A stretch of DNA of 64,000 nucleotides from contig DATEAH010000007.1 in NCBI GenBank assembly GCA_035288465.1, positions 2,090 through 66,089 on the forward strand, read 5' to 3'. Shown piece by piece: positions 46,411 to 56,364 of the stretch. The notes beneath the pieces are model-generated. The model was given only the letters and a program-made list of their open reading frames with translations. It did not search any database and was not told the origin of the DNA. Numbering within the stretch: the stretch's first letter is position 1; each line of letters starts with the position of its first letter. This stretch comes from Patescibacteria group bacterium (GTDB taxonomy: Bacteria > Patescibacteriota > UBA1384 > DATEAH01). The translations under genes and the position numbers were made by a program.

Positions 46411-47220
46411 ATGCCACAATTTAAATTGAAAAATAGACAAACTCAAGTAATTTTGATGATAATCGTCATTGTCGGGGCGGTTTATTTTTTAGTGGCAAAT
46501 CGACCTAAAAATGCGGTTTCGCCGGTGCAACAAGAAAATGACGGTTTAACTAATTTGTTGTCGCCGCGAGAAGAAAAAAAATTAGATAGTAAAAATCAGA
46601 CCAAAACTACTAATACCCAATCTAATACTCAAACTGCGATTAAAGATTCGGTTTTATTGTCAGTGCCTTTTACTTCCCAAGCACCTTTGGTGGTTTGGGA
46701 TGATTTGCATAATGAAGCTTGCGAAGAGGCGTCGGTAATCATGGTGGCTGAATATTTATCAGGTAATCATAATCGTAAATTAGAAGTGAATTTTGCTGAC
46801 CAACAAATTATCAAGATGGTTAATTGGGAAATTAATAAATTGGGTTCACATAAAGATTTAACCGCCGAAGAAACCGTCAGATATTTAGCAATTGGTAATT
46901 TGGGTTATAAAAATGCTCATGTTCATCGTGATTTTTCGATTGATAATATTAAAAGGGAATTATCAGCTGGCAAACCCGTGGTTATCCCGATGGCGGGCAG
47001 GCTTCTCGGAAATCCGAATTTTCGGCAGCCTGGTCCGGTCTATCATATGTTGGTGATTAAGGGTTATAATTCAAAATATTTTATTACCAATGACCCCGGG
47101 ACGCGTAAGGGCGAAAGTTATAAATATTTGTTCTCCACAATTGAAAAAGCCGCCCATAATTGGGCGGGTACTCCTGATAAAATCGAGTCTGGCGCGAAAG
47201 TCTATTTGACTCTAAATTAG
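46411..47220 (+). CDS. Peptidase_C39-like (C39_2) domain protein, membrane-anchored
   Basis: N-terminal TM; QAPLVVWDDLHNEACEEASVIMVAEY with candidate catalytic Cys. Confidence 0.5.
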   Translation: MPQFKLKNRQTQVILMIIVIVGAVYFLVANRPKNAVSPVQQENDGLTNLLSPREEKKLDSKNQTKTTNTQSNTQTAIKDSVLLSVPFTSQAPLVVWDDLHNEACEEASVIMVAEYLSGNHNRKLEVNFADQQIIKMVNWEINKLGSHKDLTAEETVRYLAIGNLGYKNAHVHRDFSIDNIKRELSAGKPVVIPMAGRLLGNPNFRQPGPVYHMLVIKGYNSKYFITNDPGTRKGESYKYLFSTIEKAAHNWAGTPDKIESGAKVYLTLN

Positions 47221-47229
47221 ATTATATCT

Positions 47230-47900
47230 TGAGGTGGGAGATTTATTTTGGAAAGATGGGGCTACGAGGCAGGAAGGAAGAGTTGGTTGGTGTTTCCCCA
47301 GTTTGGGGGAACTAAGTTGGCACCAGCCTGTCTTTCTTCTTCCTGCCTCGCAGTTTTCTATGTGAACCCAACATTAGGTCCTGAGTTTGAGAAATTCTCA
47401 GAACCGGTTGGGGTTGAAGACTGACCAGCAGCGTCCGGGTTTTCTATCCCCGAGTCTTGGCGTCTCAGGCCTCGCTATTCGACGCTGCCGGTCAGATTCT
47501 GAGAGGGTTAGCGGCTGGGATAACCGTGGGGTAGTGTGATTGGACTGCAGACGGGGAACCACCTGAGGCTGTCCCATTTCCAACCCTCTCAAGCTGAAGG
47601 GGGAAAGGTGCGCCAAGATTTCCAGACCAGGATTGCAACCGCTATTTGGGTTCCTTATTCCCCACGAAACTGGCGAAGGCATTTGGTTCTACGCCAGGTC
47701 TTGCACACCATCCGGAGAACTTCATGCCTTCATGACTGTTGGAGAGAGGAGAGTGATACCCAACTGAAGCTGCGAAAGTGATAACCCTTTCCTCTCTTTT
47801 TGGTTCCGTAGTGACGCTCCTTCCTCGCCGTGAGTCTTGAAGCGTCTAAGCTCTTACAGTTCTCCGAACTGTCGCAGCTTAAGAGCTAAGCTATAATATT
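47230..47900 (+). ncRNA. GC-rich (~55%) highly structured noncoding locus of unknown identity; strand not established
   Basis: No credible ORF (track ORFs here are antiparallel overlaps). Long-range stem 47262-47284 / 47335-47355, nested ccccag-ttt-ggggg and ggttggtg/caccagcc helices, several GNRA-type loops, and a 3' hairpin agctcttacagttc...gaactg..taagagct. Confidence 0.4.
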
Positions 47901-47945
47901 GTACCAAATCCTAAAAATTTGTCAAGTCAATATCAAAAAATTGGT

Positions 47946-47975
47946 TTGACAAAAGTGGTTCTTTCTTGTTATAAT
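47946..47975 (+). promoter_or_regulatory. Sigma70-like promoter upstream of rny (TTGACA-18-TATAAT)
   Basis: ttTGACAaaagtggttctttcttgtTATAATtt. Confidence 0.5.
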
Positions 47976-48059
47976 TTAAGCAGATTATAGTAATTTTTTA
48001 TTTAAATTTTGATCCCATAAAAATGGGGAATTGAATTGCGAACATGAGAGGAAAATACA

Positions 48060-49583
48060 ATGAACAATTTGATCTTAGGGTTATTGATCGGCCTGCCGAT
48101 TGCTACTGGCGTGGCCGGATATTTTTTAAGAAAACTAACGGTCCAGAAAATTTTCAAGACTCAAGAAAACAAAGCTTCTAAAATTATTAACGACGCAAAA
48201 AATCAAGAAAAAGAAATTTTGTTAAGCGCCAAAGACGAGGCTCTCAAAATTAAAGAAGAGGCAAAAAAAGAAGCTGACACGAAGCAGAAATACATTTTTG
48301 ATTTGGAAAGAGCTTTACGTTCCAAAGAAGATTTATTGGAAAGAAAATCCCAAAACTTAGAGGATGATAAGGCTAAATTATCAGAAAAAATTTTAGAAGT
48401 GGAAAAATTTAAAGAAGTTTTAAAAAAAGCCAAGGCTGAGCAAATGACCACTTTGGAAAAGATTGCGAAAGTTTCTCAAGATGAAGCAAAAAAAATTTTG
48501 TTAGACTTGGTGGAAAAAGAGTATAAAGATGAATTGGTAGAAAAAATCAAAGAAATGGAGCTTTTCACCAAAGACCAAGCCGAAGACAAAGCCAGGGAAA
48601 TTATTATTACCGCGATTCAAAGATTAGCCTCGGAACAAACCGCAGAAACAACCGTAGCGGCAGTATCAATTCCTTCTGACGAAATGAAAGGCCGCATTAT
48701 TGGTCGCGAAGGCCGCAATGTCCAGACTTTTGAAAAATTAGCCGGCGTCGACGTCATCATCGATGACACTCCGGAAGTAGTGGTGATATCATGTTTTGAT
48801 CCGGTGAGACGGCAAATTGCTCGCATGGCTTTGGAAAAATTAATTGCCGATGGCCGAATTCACCCGACTCGTATTGAAGAAATGATTGAAAAAGCCAAAG
48901 TGGAAATTTCTCAGCAAATCAAAGAAGCCGGTGAGCAAGCAGTTTATGATGTTGGCGTGGCTGGTTTGCATCCGGATTTAGTTAAAATTTTAGGCAGATT
49001 AAAATTCCGCACCTCATACGGCCAAAATGTGTTGATGCATTCGATGGAAACCGCAAATTTAGCGGCCATGATTGCTTCTGAACTTGGTGCAGATGTGAAT
49101 ATGGCAAAAAAAGCGGGCTTATTGCATGATATTGGTAAAGCCGTTGACCACCAAATTGAAGGTTCGCATGCGGTAATTGGGGCTGATATATTGAAAAAAT
49201 ATGGTATCAATCCTGATATTGAAAAAGCAGTTCGAGGCCATCACGAAGACATTGAGCCAACTTTAATGGCAATTATTATTCAAGCCGCAGATGCGATTTC
49301 CGGTTCCAGGCCAGGGGCGCGTAAGGAATCTTTGGACTCTTATATTAAAAGATTGGGTGATTTGGAAAATGTCGCCAATGATTTTGAGGGAGTTGATAAA
49401 TCTTATGCAATTCAGGCTGGTCGTGAGATTCGTGTGATTGTGAAACCTGAAGATATTGATGATTTAGCCTCGGCCAAATTGGCGAAAAATATCGCTCGAA
49501 AAATTGAAAAAGAATTAAAATATCCAGGCCAAATTAAAGTAAATGTGATTAGAGAAACGAGAGCGGTTGATTTTGCAAAATAA
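48060..49583 (+). CDS. rny: Ribonuclease Y
   Basis: N-terminal TM, coiled coil, KH domain ([10 protein letters not shown]) and HD domain ([14 protein letters not shown]). Confidence 0.9.
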   Translation: MNNLILGLLIGLPIATGVAGYFLRKLTVQKIFKTQENKASKIINDAKNQEKEILLSAKDEALKIKEEAKKEADTKQKYIFDLERALRSKEDLLERKSQNLEDDKAKLSEKILEVEKFKEVLKKAKAEQMTTLEKIAKVSQDEAKKILLDLVEKEYKDELVEKIKEMELFTKDQAEDKAREIIITAIQRLASEQTAETTVAAVSIPSDEMKGRIIGREGRNVQTFEKLAGVDVIIDDTPEVVVISCFDPVRRQIARMALEKLIADGRIHPTRIEEMIEKAKVEISQQIKEAGEQAVYDVGVAGLHPDLVKILGRLKFRTSYGQNVLMHSMETANLAAMIASELGADVNMAKKAGLLHDIGKAVDHQIEGSHAVIGADILKKYGINPDIEKAVRGHHEDIEPTLMAIIIQAADAISGSRPGARKESLDSYIKRLGDLENVANDFEGVDKSYAIQAGREIRVIVKPEDIDDLASAKLAKNIARKIEKELKYPGQIKVNVIRETRAVDFAK

Positions 49584-49600
49584 ATTATAAAAGAGGGAAA

Positions 49601-49876
49601 ATGAATAAAAAAGAACTGGTGTCAGAAATTGCCAAAGCCTCGAATCTGAATCGTGGCGAGGTTTTGAAATTATTAAATGAATTTTCTCATACCTTAGCGC
49701 AGACTTTGGCAAAAGGGGAGAAGGTGAGTCTTTCCGGTTTCGGAACTTTTTCTCTATCTAAAAGACAAGCTCGAGTTGGGACGAATCCGAGAAATCCCAA
49801 GGAAAAAATCCAAATTCCGCCTTCGGTGACAGCTCATTTTAAACCATCGCAAACCCTAAAATCGAAAATTAGTTAA
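49601..49876 (+). CDS. hup: DNA-binding protein HU
   Basis: MNKKELVSEIAKASNL..GEKVSLSGFGTFSLSKRQARVGTNPRNPKEKIQIP. Confidence 0.9.
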   Translation: MNKKELVSEIAKASNLNRGEVLKLLNEFSHTLAQTLAKGEKVSLSGFGTFSLSKRQARVGTNPRNPKEKIQIPPSVTAHFKPSQTLKSKIS

Positions 49877-50327
49877 AGTCGCGGAGTTCTCTTCGGGCGT
49901 TTTTAGCGAGATCTCTTTCTTTAAGAATTTGTTTTTTATGATAAGTTTTTAAGCCTCTGGCGAGACCGAGTTCGAGTTTAATACGATTCTTTTTCGAATA
50001 TAATTTTAAGGGCACTAAAGTGAGCCCTTTTTGTAATTTGCCCGCAATTTGTACAATCTCAGCTTTATTTAACAATAATTTTCGAGATCTTTTAGGATCA
50101 AAACTGATTTTAGAATATTTATATGGCGAAACGTGTGTCCCAATTAACCAAATTTCACCGCCTAAAATTTGGGCAAAGGCATCACCCAAATTAACCTGAT
50201 GATTTTTAATCGATTTGGTTTCAGCGCCATTTAAAATTAACCCAGCTTCAATGGTTTCTAAAACCTGATATTTTAGCCGGGCTTTTTTATTAATCGCAAA
50301 AACGCCTGATTTAAATTTTTTATTCAT
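49869..50327 (-). CDS. smpB: SsrA-binding protein SmpB
   Basis: ARLKYQVLETIEAGLIL.G.E.KS typical SmpB; implies a tmRNA elsewhere in the genome. Confidence 0.9.
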   Translation of the reverse strand: MNKKFKSGVFAINKKARLKYQVLETIEAGLILNGAETKSIKNHQVNLGDAFAQILGGEIWLIGTHVSPYKYSKISFDPKRSRKLLLNKAEIVQIAGKLQKGLTLVPLKLYSKKNRIKLELGLARGLKTYHKKQILKERDLAKNARRELRDFN

Positions 50328-51354
50328 CGCTTTTTTTAACTAAATTTTGCCACTCTGAAATAAGAACATACATTCCAGCCATGATTGGTACGGCCAAAAT
50401 TACTCCTAAAATGCCAGCTAAGACGCCACCGATTAAAAGTGCCACAATAATAATAACTGGTGACAAACCGACTGCTTTTTGCATGATTTTAGGTACCAAA
50501 ATATGTCCTTCGAGTTGTTGGACAATCACGAAGATGATTAAAACTATCAAGGCTAGCCAGGGTGAAACAAAATAAGCGACAATTAAGGCAGGAATGGCGC
50601 CCAAAACTGGTCCCAAATATGGAATTATTTCCGTTAATCCAGCCCAGACCGCCAGGGCTAAAGCATACGGAACTCCCAGAATAAACAAGGCGATAAAATC
50701 AATTACCGCAATAATAATGCATAAAATAATTTGGCCTCTCATCCAAGCGCCCCATTTTTCTCGAACTTTATGAAGAATTGTGAAAATTGCAGTTTTTTGG
50801 TGGATCGGTAAAAATGGTTCAACGATATTTTTCAAACCATTCTTTTCAATCAAAAGGTAAAAAACTAAGACTAAAATTGTCACGATTGCACCAATTGCCG
50901 TAAAAAAGCCGCGTGCCGTGGAAAAGATATTTATTGAGAATTTTGCCAATTGGTCAGAAGCAGTTGAGAGGGGTTTTTGCAAAATTGTTATAATTGAAGA
51001 TTGCTGTGAGAAAAAGTTTTGTAAAAAATGATAAGAAGAAGAAACCTGGCTAATAATATTTGGGGCATTATCGATTAAATCTTGAATCTGCAAGACTAAG
51101 GGCGGAATGATTAAATATGAAATTCCAGCTAAGATCGCCAGACCGATAATATAAATAATTATTGCCGAAAGAATCCGGGGAATTTTTTTGGCTTCAAACC
51201 AGTCTACGGTTGGATTTAAAGCGGCAAAAATGATCAGCACGACAGCTAATAGAATAATAATTCCAGATATACGCCAAGCCAACCAAATCAAAAAGATAAT
51301 AAATAAAATTTTTAACAAAGTACTGGTTGAAATTTCGATCGTTTTTTTCTCCAT
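50320..51354 (-). CDS. AI-2E family transporter (PerM/UPF0118)
   Basis: 8 TM helices; conserved AI-2E C-terminal core. Confidence 0.8.
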   Translation of the reverse strand: MEKKTIEISTSTLLKILFIIFLIWLAWRISGIIILLAVVLIIFAALNPTVDWFEAKKIPRILSAIIIYIIGLAILAGISYLIIPPLVLQIQDLIDNAPNIISQVSSSYHFLQNFFSQQSSIITILQKPLSTASDQLAKFSINIFSTARGFFTAIGAIVTILVLVFYLLIEKNGLKNIVEPFLPIHQKTAIFTILHKVREKWGAWMRGQIILCIIIAVIDFIALFILGVPYALALAVWAGLTEIIPYLGPVLGAIPALIVAYFVSPWLALIVLIIFVIVQQLEGHILVPKIMQKAVGLSPVIIIVALLIGGVLAGILGVILAVPIMAGMYVLISEWQNLVKKSDE

Positions 51355-51402
51355 GACACTCCTTCGTTATCCTTACTTTGATTTTATCTTACTACTTTTT
51401 AT

Positions 51403-52200
51403 TTAATTGGTAAAGACGATTTTTTGAAATTTAATTCGATTTCGGGATAAAAAGTGTTTCGCCATTTTTTCGATACCTAGGCTAAGGTCGGAAACAAAAA
51501 AGGTGTGTTTTGGTCTCGAATTATTTTTAATTTTATTTTTGGATAAATATTGTTGAAGTTTTGAGCTAACAGTTTGAGCAGAATCGATTATATTGGCTTG
51601 ATGCTTGATAATTTTTTTAATTTGATTTTTGAGTTTTGGAAAATGAGTACAGCCTAAAATTAAAGTATCAATCTTTTTTTGGCTCAAAGGTTTTAAATAT
51701 TTTTTGAGAATTAGGTTTGTTTCGGGTTGTTTTTCCCAGCCTTCTTCAATTAAAGGAACGAGTAAAGGGCAAGCTTGGCTGTAGACCTTGATTTTTAATT
51801 CAGATTTGGATTTTTGAAGAATCGCTTTTTCGTAGGCAGAACTTTGTATGGTGGCGCGGGTGGCGATGACACCAATTTGCTGATTTTTAGTGTTAGCCAG
51901 GGCTTTTTGAACTGCAGGAGAGATAACATCAAAAAAAGTTATTTTTGGAAATTTTTTATATAGAGTTGACATGGCATATGCCGAAGCAGTATTGCAGGCA
52001 ATGATGATAATTTTTGCCCCTTGTTGTTTTAAAAAATTAACCCCCTCAAGAGCGTGTTTAATAACAGTTTCTGGAGATTTATTTCCATATGGAAGATGGG
52101 CTAAATCGCCAAAATAAACGGTTGATTCATTTGGGCTCTTTTTTAAAATTTCTTTTAAAACAATTAAACCGCCCAAACCCGAATCAAAAACACCAATCAT
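51403..52200 (-). CDS. murI: Glutamate racemase
   Basis: IGVFDSGLGGL..; ..CNTAS..; ..LGCTHFP catalytic cysteines. Confidence 0.9.
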   Translation of the reverse strand: MIGVFDSGLGGLIVLKEILKKSPNESTVYFGDLAHLPYGNKSPETVIKHALEGVNFLKQQGAKIIIIACNTASAYAMSTLYKKFPKITFFDVISPAVQKALANTKNQQIGVIATRATIQSSAYEKAILQKSKSELKIKVYSQACPLLVPLIEEGWEKQPETNLILKKYLKPLSQKKIDTLILGCTHFPKLKNQIKKIIKHQANIIDSAQTVSSKLQQYLSKNKIKNNSRPKHTFFVSDLSLGIEKMAKHFLSRNRIKFQKIVFTN

Positions 52201-52390
52201 TTTATCCTCTGATAAATTAAATTTTCAATACCCCAATTTTATCCCAATAAGATTGAAAATTCCAGCCTAAAAGAGTAAAATAGGATTAGAATTGCCCTCT
52301 AAGCTTCTGGCCCCGCAAAGGCGGGGCCCGAGTCCTTGACTCCGACCAAATCGGAGTCGGGCAATTAGATACCTGCCCGCCGATACCTAT

Positions 52391-52462
52391 GCCCCCGTAG
52401 TTCAACGGATAGAACAAGGGACTCCTAAGCCCTAAATAGAAGTTCGACTCTTCTCGGGGGCG
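52391..52462 (+). tRNA. tRNA-Arg (anticodon CCT)
   Basis: GCCCCCG/CGGGGGC acceptor; D-stem GTTC/GAAC; anticodon loop CTCCTAA; T-arm AGAAG-TTCGACT-CTTCT; no encoded CCA. Confidence 0.8.
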
Positions 52463-52474
52463 CAATATTTTTTT

Positions 52475-52546
52475 CGGAGCGTGGCCTAGCGGTAAGGCGC
52501 AGCCTTCGGGAGGCTGAGATCGTGAGTTCGAATCTCACCGCTCCGA
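52475..52546 (+). tRNA. tRNA-Pro (anticodon CGG), C1:G72 as in bacterial tRNA-Pro
   Basis: CGGAGCG/CGCTCCG acceptor; anticodon arm CAGCC-TTCGGGA-GGCTG; T-arm GTGAG-TTCGAAT-CTCAC. Confidence 0.8.
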
Positions 52547-53335
52547 TTATTATTCAGCGCGTCCCGCCAACGGCGGGGAGGCCGTCCCGCCAGGGCGGGA
52601 CCAGCCCGATATTAAAAAAACCTCCTTTTTTGAGAGATTTTTTTAATTATAAAAATTTCTGGTCCCGCATAATCAAAGCACACGGGATAAATGGAGGTGC
52701 CGGAAGTTGCATCCGGGTCCAAAAGTTTTAAAAAATATCTTCTACAAGTTTATTCCAGATAAGTACTTAGGTAATCAGCTTAAATCTGGACTAAAAACTG
52801 AAAACCGCAATCTTTTATTAGCTTAGGTTCGGTAAAAAAGATGATTACCAAACTGCATCCGAAATTATGACACCAGATTTGCAACTTTCGGAAAGCTGCA
52901 AGAGGCGCCCCGTCAAAGGCGGGGATGACAATAGCGGTTAGGCTACTGCCATTTGTAAAGCAGGTTTGTTGCTTGTTTTTTTCTAGTTTTGATTGGGCTA
53001 GAAACCAAACTTGCGACATTTTTCGCAGTCTTTTGTCGAGGCTTGTCACCCCCTTATGGCGTTGGTAGACTGATACGCTACCGACCTCAGACCATTTTCT
53101 TTTTCGGAAAGAAAAAGTCTGACAAAAAGAAAACTTATTCGAAATTCCTATCGTGGCAGAATCATGGAAAGGTTGTTTAACTTTCATGGTCTGATTTACT
53201 GTCATTTTTCTGATCTTAAATCCGAATTTTTAAAGTTCTATCTTAATTTTACCACAAATTTTAATTTTGTCAAGACTGGTGGGCGGTATCCCAATGGTCA
53301 TCGGGATGACCTTCTGCACATTCATTTGATATAAA

Positions 53336-53410
53336 TGGTGCGCGCGGTAGGACTTGGACCTACGACCTTCTCTACGTCAAAGAGACGCTCTACCCCTGAG
53401 CTACGCGCGC
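53336..53410 (-). tRNA. tRNA-Val (anticodon GAC), CCA encoded
   Basis: Reverse complement GCGCGCG TA GCTCAGGGGTAGAGC G TCTCT-TTGACGT-AGAGA ... CGCGCGC A CCA. Confidence 0.8.
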
Positions 53411-53521
53411 ATATTCAAATTCGAACTATAGGTATCTTAATTTTAGCCTAAAACCACCAAAATTTCAAGCTCTTTTTCGTATTTTTGTATCCGTCAACTG
53501 GCGGATTTTGTATTTCGTAGA

Positions 53522-54520
53522 CTAATCAGTAAATTCTTGGGTGAACATCTCTCCCCAATTATCAGCTGAAATTATCCCGATGCCAATTTTATGAAAATTA
53601 GGAGATAAAATATTAGCGCGATGTCCAGGACTATTCATCAGCCCATTATGCGCAACCTCAACATCCGGGGCATAAGCTAAATTTTCGCCCGCAGTTTTAA
53701 AATTAATTTTTGCGGCCAATAAACGATCGGTCGGAGTGCCAGTGACAGGCGAATTGTGATCAAAATATGATAATTTAAACATTTCTAAAGAATGTTTGCG
53801 GGCAATCGCGGATAGGGCGGGATCGGCAATAAGAGAGCCTAGACCTTGTTTGCTTCTTTCTGCGTTAATTAGTTCAAGCATCCTTTTTTCGGCGTTATAG
53901 TTGATAGTCAGCTCAAGATTGCCGGGAAAAGAAATGGTCTGATTTTCTCCTGGGAAAATGGCGCCTAATAAATTATCGATTTTAGCTCGAGTTTCCTTTT
54001 CGGCCGGAGCTAATAAATTTTCAATTTTCTGATCAAAAAAGGAGAACTTGTTTAGGAGAAATGGGGTGAATTTTGAGTCAGACATAGTTGATTTTAATGC
54101 CGGACTCAAAGGTAAAATGACCAAATTAATAATGATAATATTAATGGCGATAAAACCATTAATGAGACCGGGAATCATGCCTAAAAGCCTATTTATAATT
54201 TTAAAGGCTCGATTTTGATTCCATCTTTCAACTAGGGGCTTGAGAGTTCTTCTGAGAATTATTCCCGAAATAATGGTCCAAATAATTTCCACGCCCACAA
54301 AAATTACCAAAAAACCAATTAAATTGGCTAAACCAATGCTAAACTTAAAACTTTCGGCTAAAGTTTGACCGAGATAAGGGTATAAAAATAAGCTTGCCAC
54401 CACCGAAATAGCAAAGCCAATAAGTGTGAATAATTCGTCAAAAAAGCCTCGCCAAAAGCCAATGAGGACGGAAATTGCTAAAATTGCAATAATGGCAATA
54501 TCAATAATATTCATATCCAT
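53522..54520 (-). CDS. CvpA-family membrane domain fused to a C-terminal CAP/SCP (YkwD-like) domain
   Basis: 4 N-terminal TM helices (CvpA-like); C-terminal ..HNGLMNSPGHRANIL..; CAP signatures. Confidence 0.65.
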   Translation of the reverse strand: MDMNIIDIAIIAILAISVLIGFWRGFFDELFTLIGFAISVVASLFLYPYLGQTLAESFKFSIGLANLIGFLVIFVGVEIIWTIISGIILRRTLKPLVERWNQNRAFKIINRLLGMIPGLINGFIAINIIIINLVILPLSPALKSTMSDSKFTPFLLNKFSFFDQKIENLLAPAEKETRAKIDNLLGAIFPGENQTISFPGNLELTINYNAEKRMLELINAERSKQGLGSLIADPALSAIARKHSLEMFKLSYFDHNSPVTGTPTDRLLAAKINFKTAGENLAYAPDVEVAHNGLMNSPGHRANILSPNFHKIGIGIISADNWGEMFTQEFTD

Positions 54521-54626
54521 AATTACATTATACCAAAAAATAAAAATATTTTTTAAAGCTTGAATTTTAAGCTAAATGGTTTAAAATTGAAGTAAATTAA
54601 TAATTTGATTTAGAAATGGGGTAAAA

Positions 54627-56348
54627 ATGTCAGATAAAAAACAAGCCACCAAATTAGAAACAATGCGCCATTCCTGCAGTCATGTTTTGGCTGAGGCGGT
54701 TTTAGAAATTTTTCCTGAAGCAAAATTAGGCATTGGTCCAGCCACGGCTGATGGTTTTTATTATGATTTTCAACTGCCGGTGCCGTTATCTGAAAAAGAT
54801 TTGCCAAAAATTGAAGACCGAATGAAAGCAATTATTAAAAATAACAAAGCTTTTGAAAAAAGCATAATTTCTCGTGAAGAAGCTCAAAAACTTTTCAAAA
54901 AATTAGAGCAACCCTTAAAATTAGAATTAATCGCTGAATTGCCAAAAGATGATAAAATAACCATTTATAGGACTGGTAATTTTATTGATTTATGCCGTGG
55001 GCCACACTTGGCGTCGACTGGTAAAATTGGACCTTTAAAATTAACTTCAATCGCCGGGGCATATTGGCGCGGTTCAGAACAAAATCAACAATTACAGCGG
55101 ATTTACGGAACATGTTTTAATGATAACAGCGAGCTTTCAGAATATTTAGAAAAACTTGAAGAAGCGGAAAAGCGTGATCATCGCAAATTAGGCAAAGCCT
55201 TAGATTTATATTCGGTCTCAGATGATATTGGGCCTGGTTTGATTTTATGGCATCCAAAAGGATCGGTGATTAGAAAAATTATTGAAGATTTTTGGCGTGA
55301 AGAACATTTAAAGCGGGACTACCAATTGGTTTTCTCGCCTCATATTGCTCGAGAATTGATTTGGAAAAAATCCGGACACTTGGATTTTTACTCAGAAAAT
55401 ATGTTTTCTTCGTTTGGTATTGAAGGCGATCATTATTTGATTAAACCGATGAATTGCCCTTTTCACATTGCGATTTATAAAACCCATTTACACTCTTATA
55501 AAGATTTGCCAATTCGCTATGCTGAACTTGGCATGGTTTACCGATATGAAAAATCTGGAGTTTTGCATGGTTTAACTCGGGTGCGAGGTTTTACCCAGGA
55601 TGATGCGCACATCTTTTGTACTCAAGGCCAAATGGAAGATGAGTTAGTAAAAACCGTAAAATTAGCGCAATTTATGTTAAAGAAATTTGGTTTTAAAAAT
55701 TATAAAGTCTATCTGGCGACTCGACCTGAGGATTTTGTGGGCAAAATTGAAATTTGGGATAAAGCGGAAAAAGCCTTAGATTCAGCTTTAAAAAAAGCCG
55801 GCGTAGAATTTCAAATAGATGACGGCGAAGGCGTTTTTTATGGTCCCAAAATTGATATTAAATTAGAAGATTCTTTGGGCCGGTTATGGCAAGGTCCCAC
55901 AATTCAGATTGATTTTAACGAACCAAAGAAATTTAAGGTTAATTACACTGGTGATGACGGTCAAGAACATCAAGCGATTATGATTCATCGCACCGTCTTA
56001 GGTTCAATGGAAAGATTTTTTGGTTGTTTAGTTGAGCATTATGCAGGGGCATTTCCATGGTGGTTGGCGCCAGTTCAAGTAAAGGTGGTGCAAATTACTG
56101 ATCGAAATCAAAAATATGCTAAAAAGATTGTTGAAGAATTGAGCAGGCGAAAATTAAGGGTTGAATTAGATGATCGAAATGAATCGGTAGGTAAAAAAAT
56201 CCGCGACGCGGAATTAGAAAAAGTGCCTTATATTTTAGTAGTTGGCGATAAAGAAGAAAAAGCAGAATCTGTTTCAGTGCGAAAGCGGGGGAGTAAAGAG
56301 CTGAAAAGCTTAAAAATTGATAAATTTATACTTCAAGTCACCGAATAA
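54627..56348 (+). CDS. thrS: Threonine--tRNA ligase (lacks N-terminal TGS domain)
   Basis: Starts in the second additional domain (HSCSHVLA); class II motifs; C-terminal anticodon-binding domain. Confidence 0.9.
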   Translation: MSDKKQATKLETMRHSCSHVLAEAVLEIFPEAKLGIGPATADGFYYDFQLPVPLSEKDLPKIEDRMKAIIKNNKAFEKSIISREEAQKLFKKLEQPLKLELIAELPKDDKITIYRTGNFIDLCRGPHLASTGKIGPLKLTSIAGAYWRGSEQNQQLQRIYGTCFNDNSELSEYLEKLEEAEKRDHRKLGKALDLYSVSDDIGPGLILWHPKGSVIRKIIEDFWREEHLKRDYQLVFSPHIARELIWKKSGHLDFYSENMFSSFGIEGDHYLIKPMNCPFHIAIYKTHLHSYKDLPIRYAELGMVYRYEKSGVLHGLTRVRGFTQDDAHIFCTQGQMEDELVKTVKLAQFMLKKFGFKNYKVYLATRPEDFVGKIEIWDKAEKALDSALKKAGVEFQIDDGEGVFYGPKIDIKLEDSLGRLWQGPTIQIDFNEPKKFKVNYTGDDGQEHQAIMIHRTVLGSMERFFGCLVEHYAGAFPWWLAPVQVKVVQITDRNQKYAKKIVEELSRRKLRVELDDRNESVGKKIRDAELEKVPYILVVGDKEEKAESVSVRKRGSKELKSLKIDKFILQVTE

Positions 56349-56364
56349 ATATAAATATTAAATT

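Noticed and set aside
47398-47781. ORFs 47398-47682(-) and 47536-47781(+) inside the GC-rich block
   Set aside because: Mutually overlapping on opposite strands, Arg/Pro-rich, with no RBS; the region is better explained as structured RNA.
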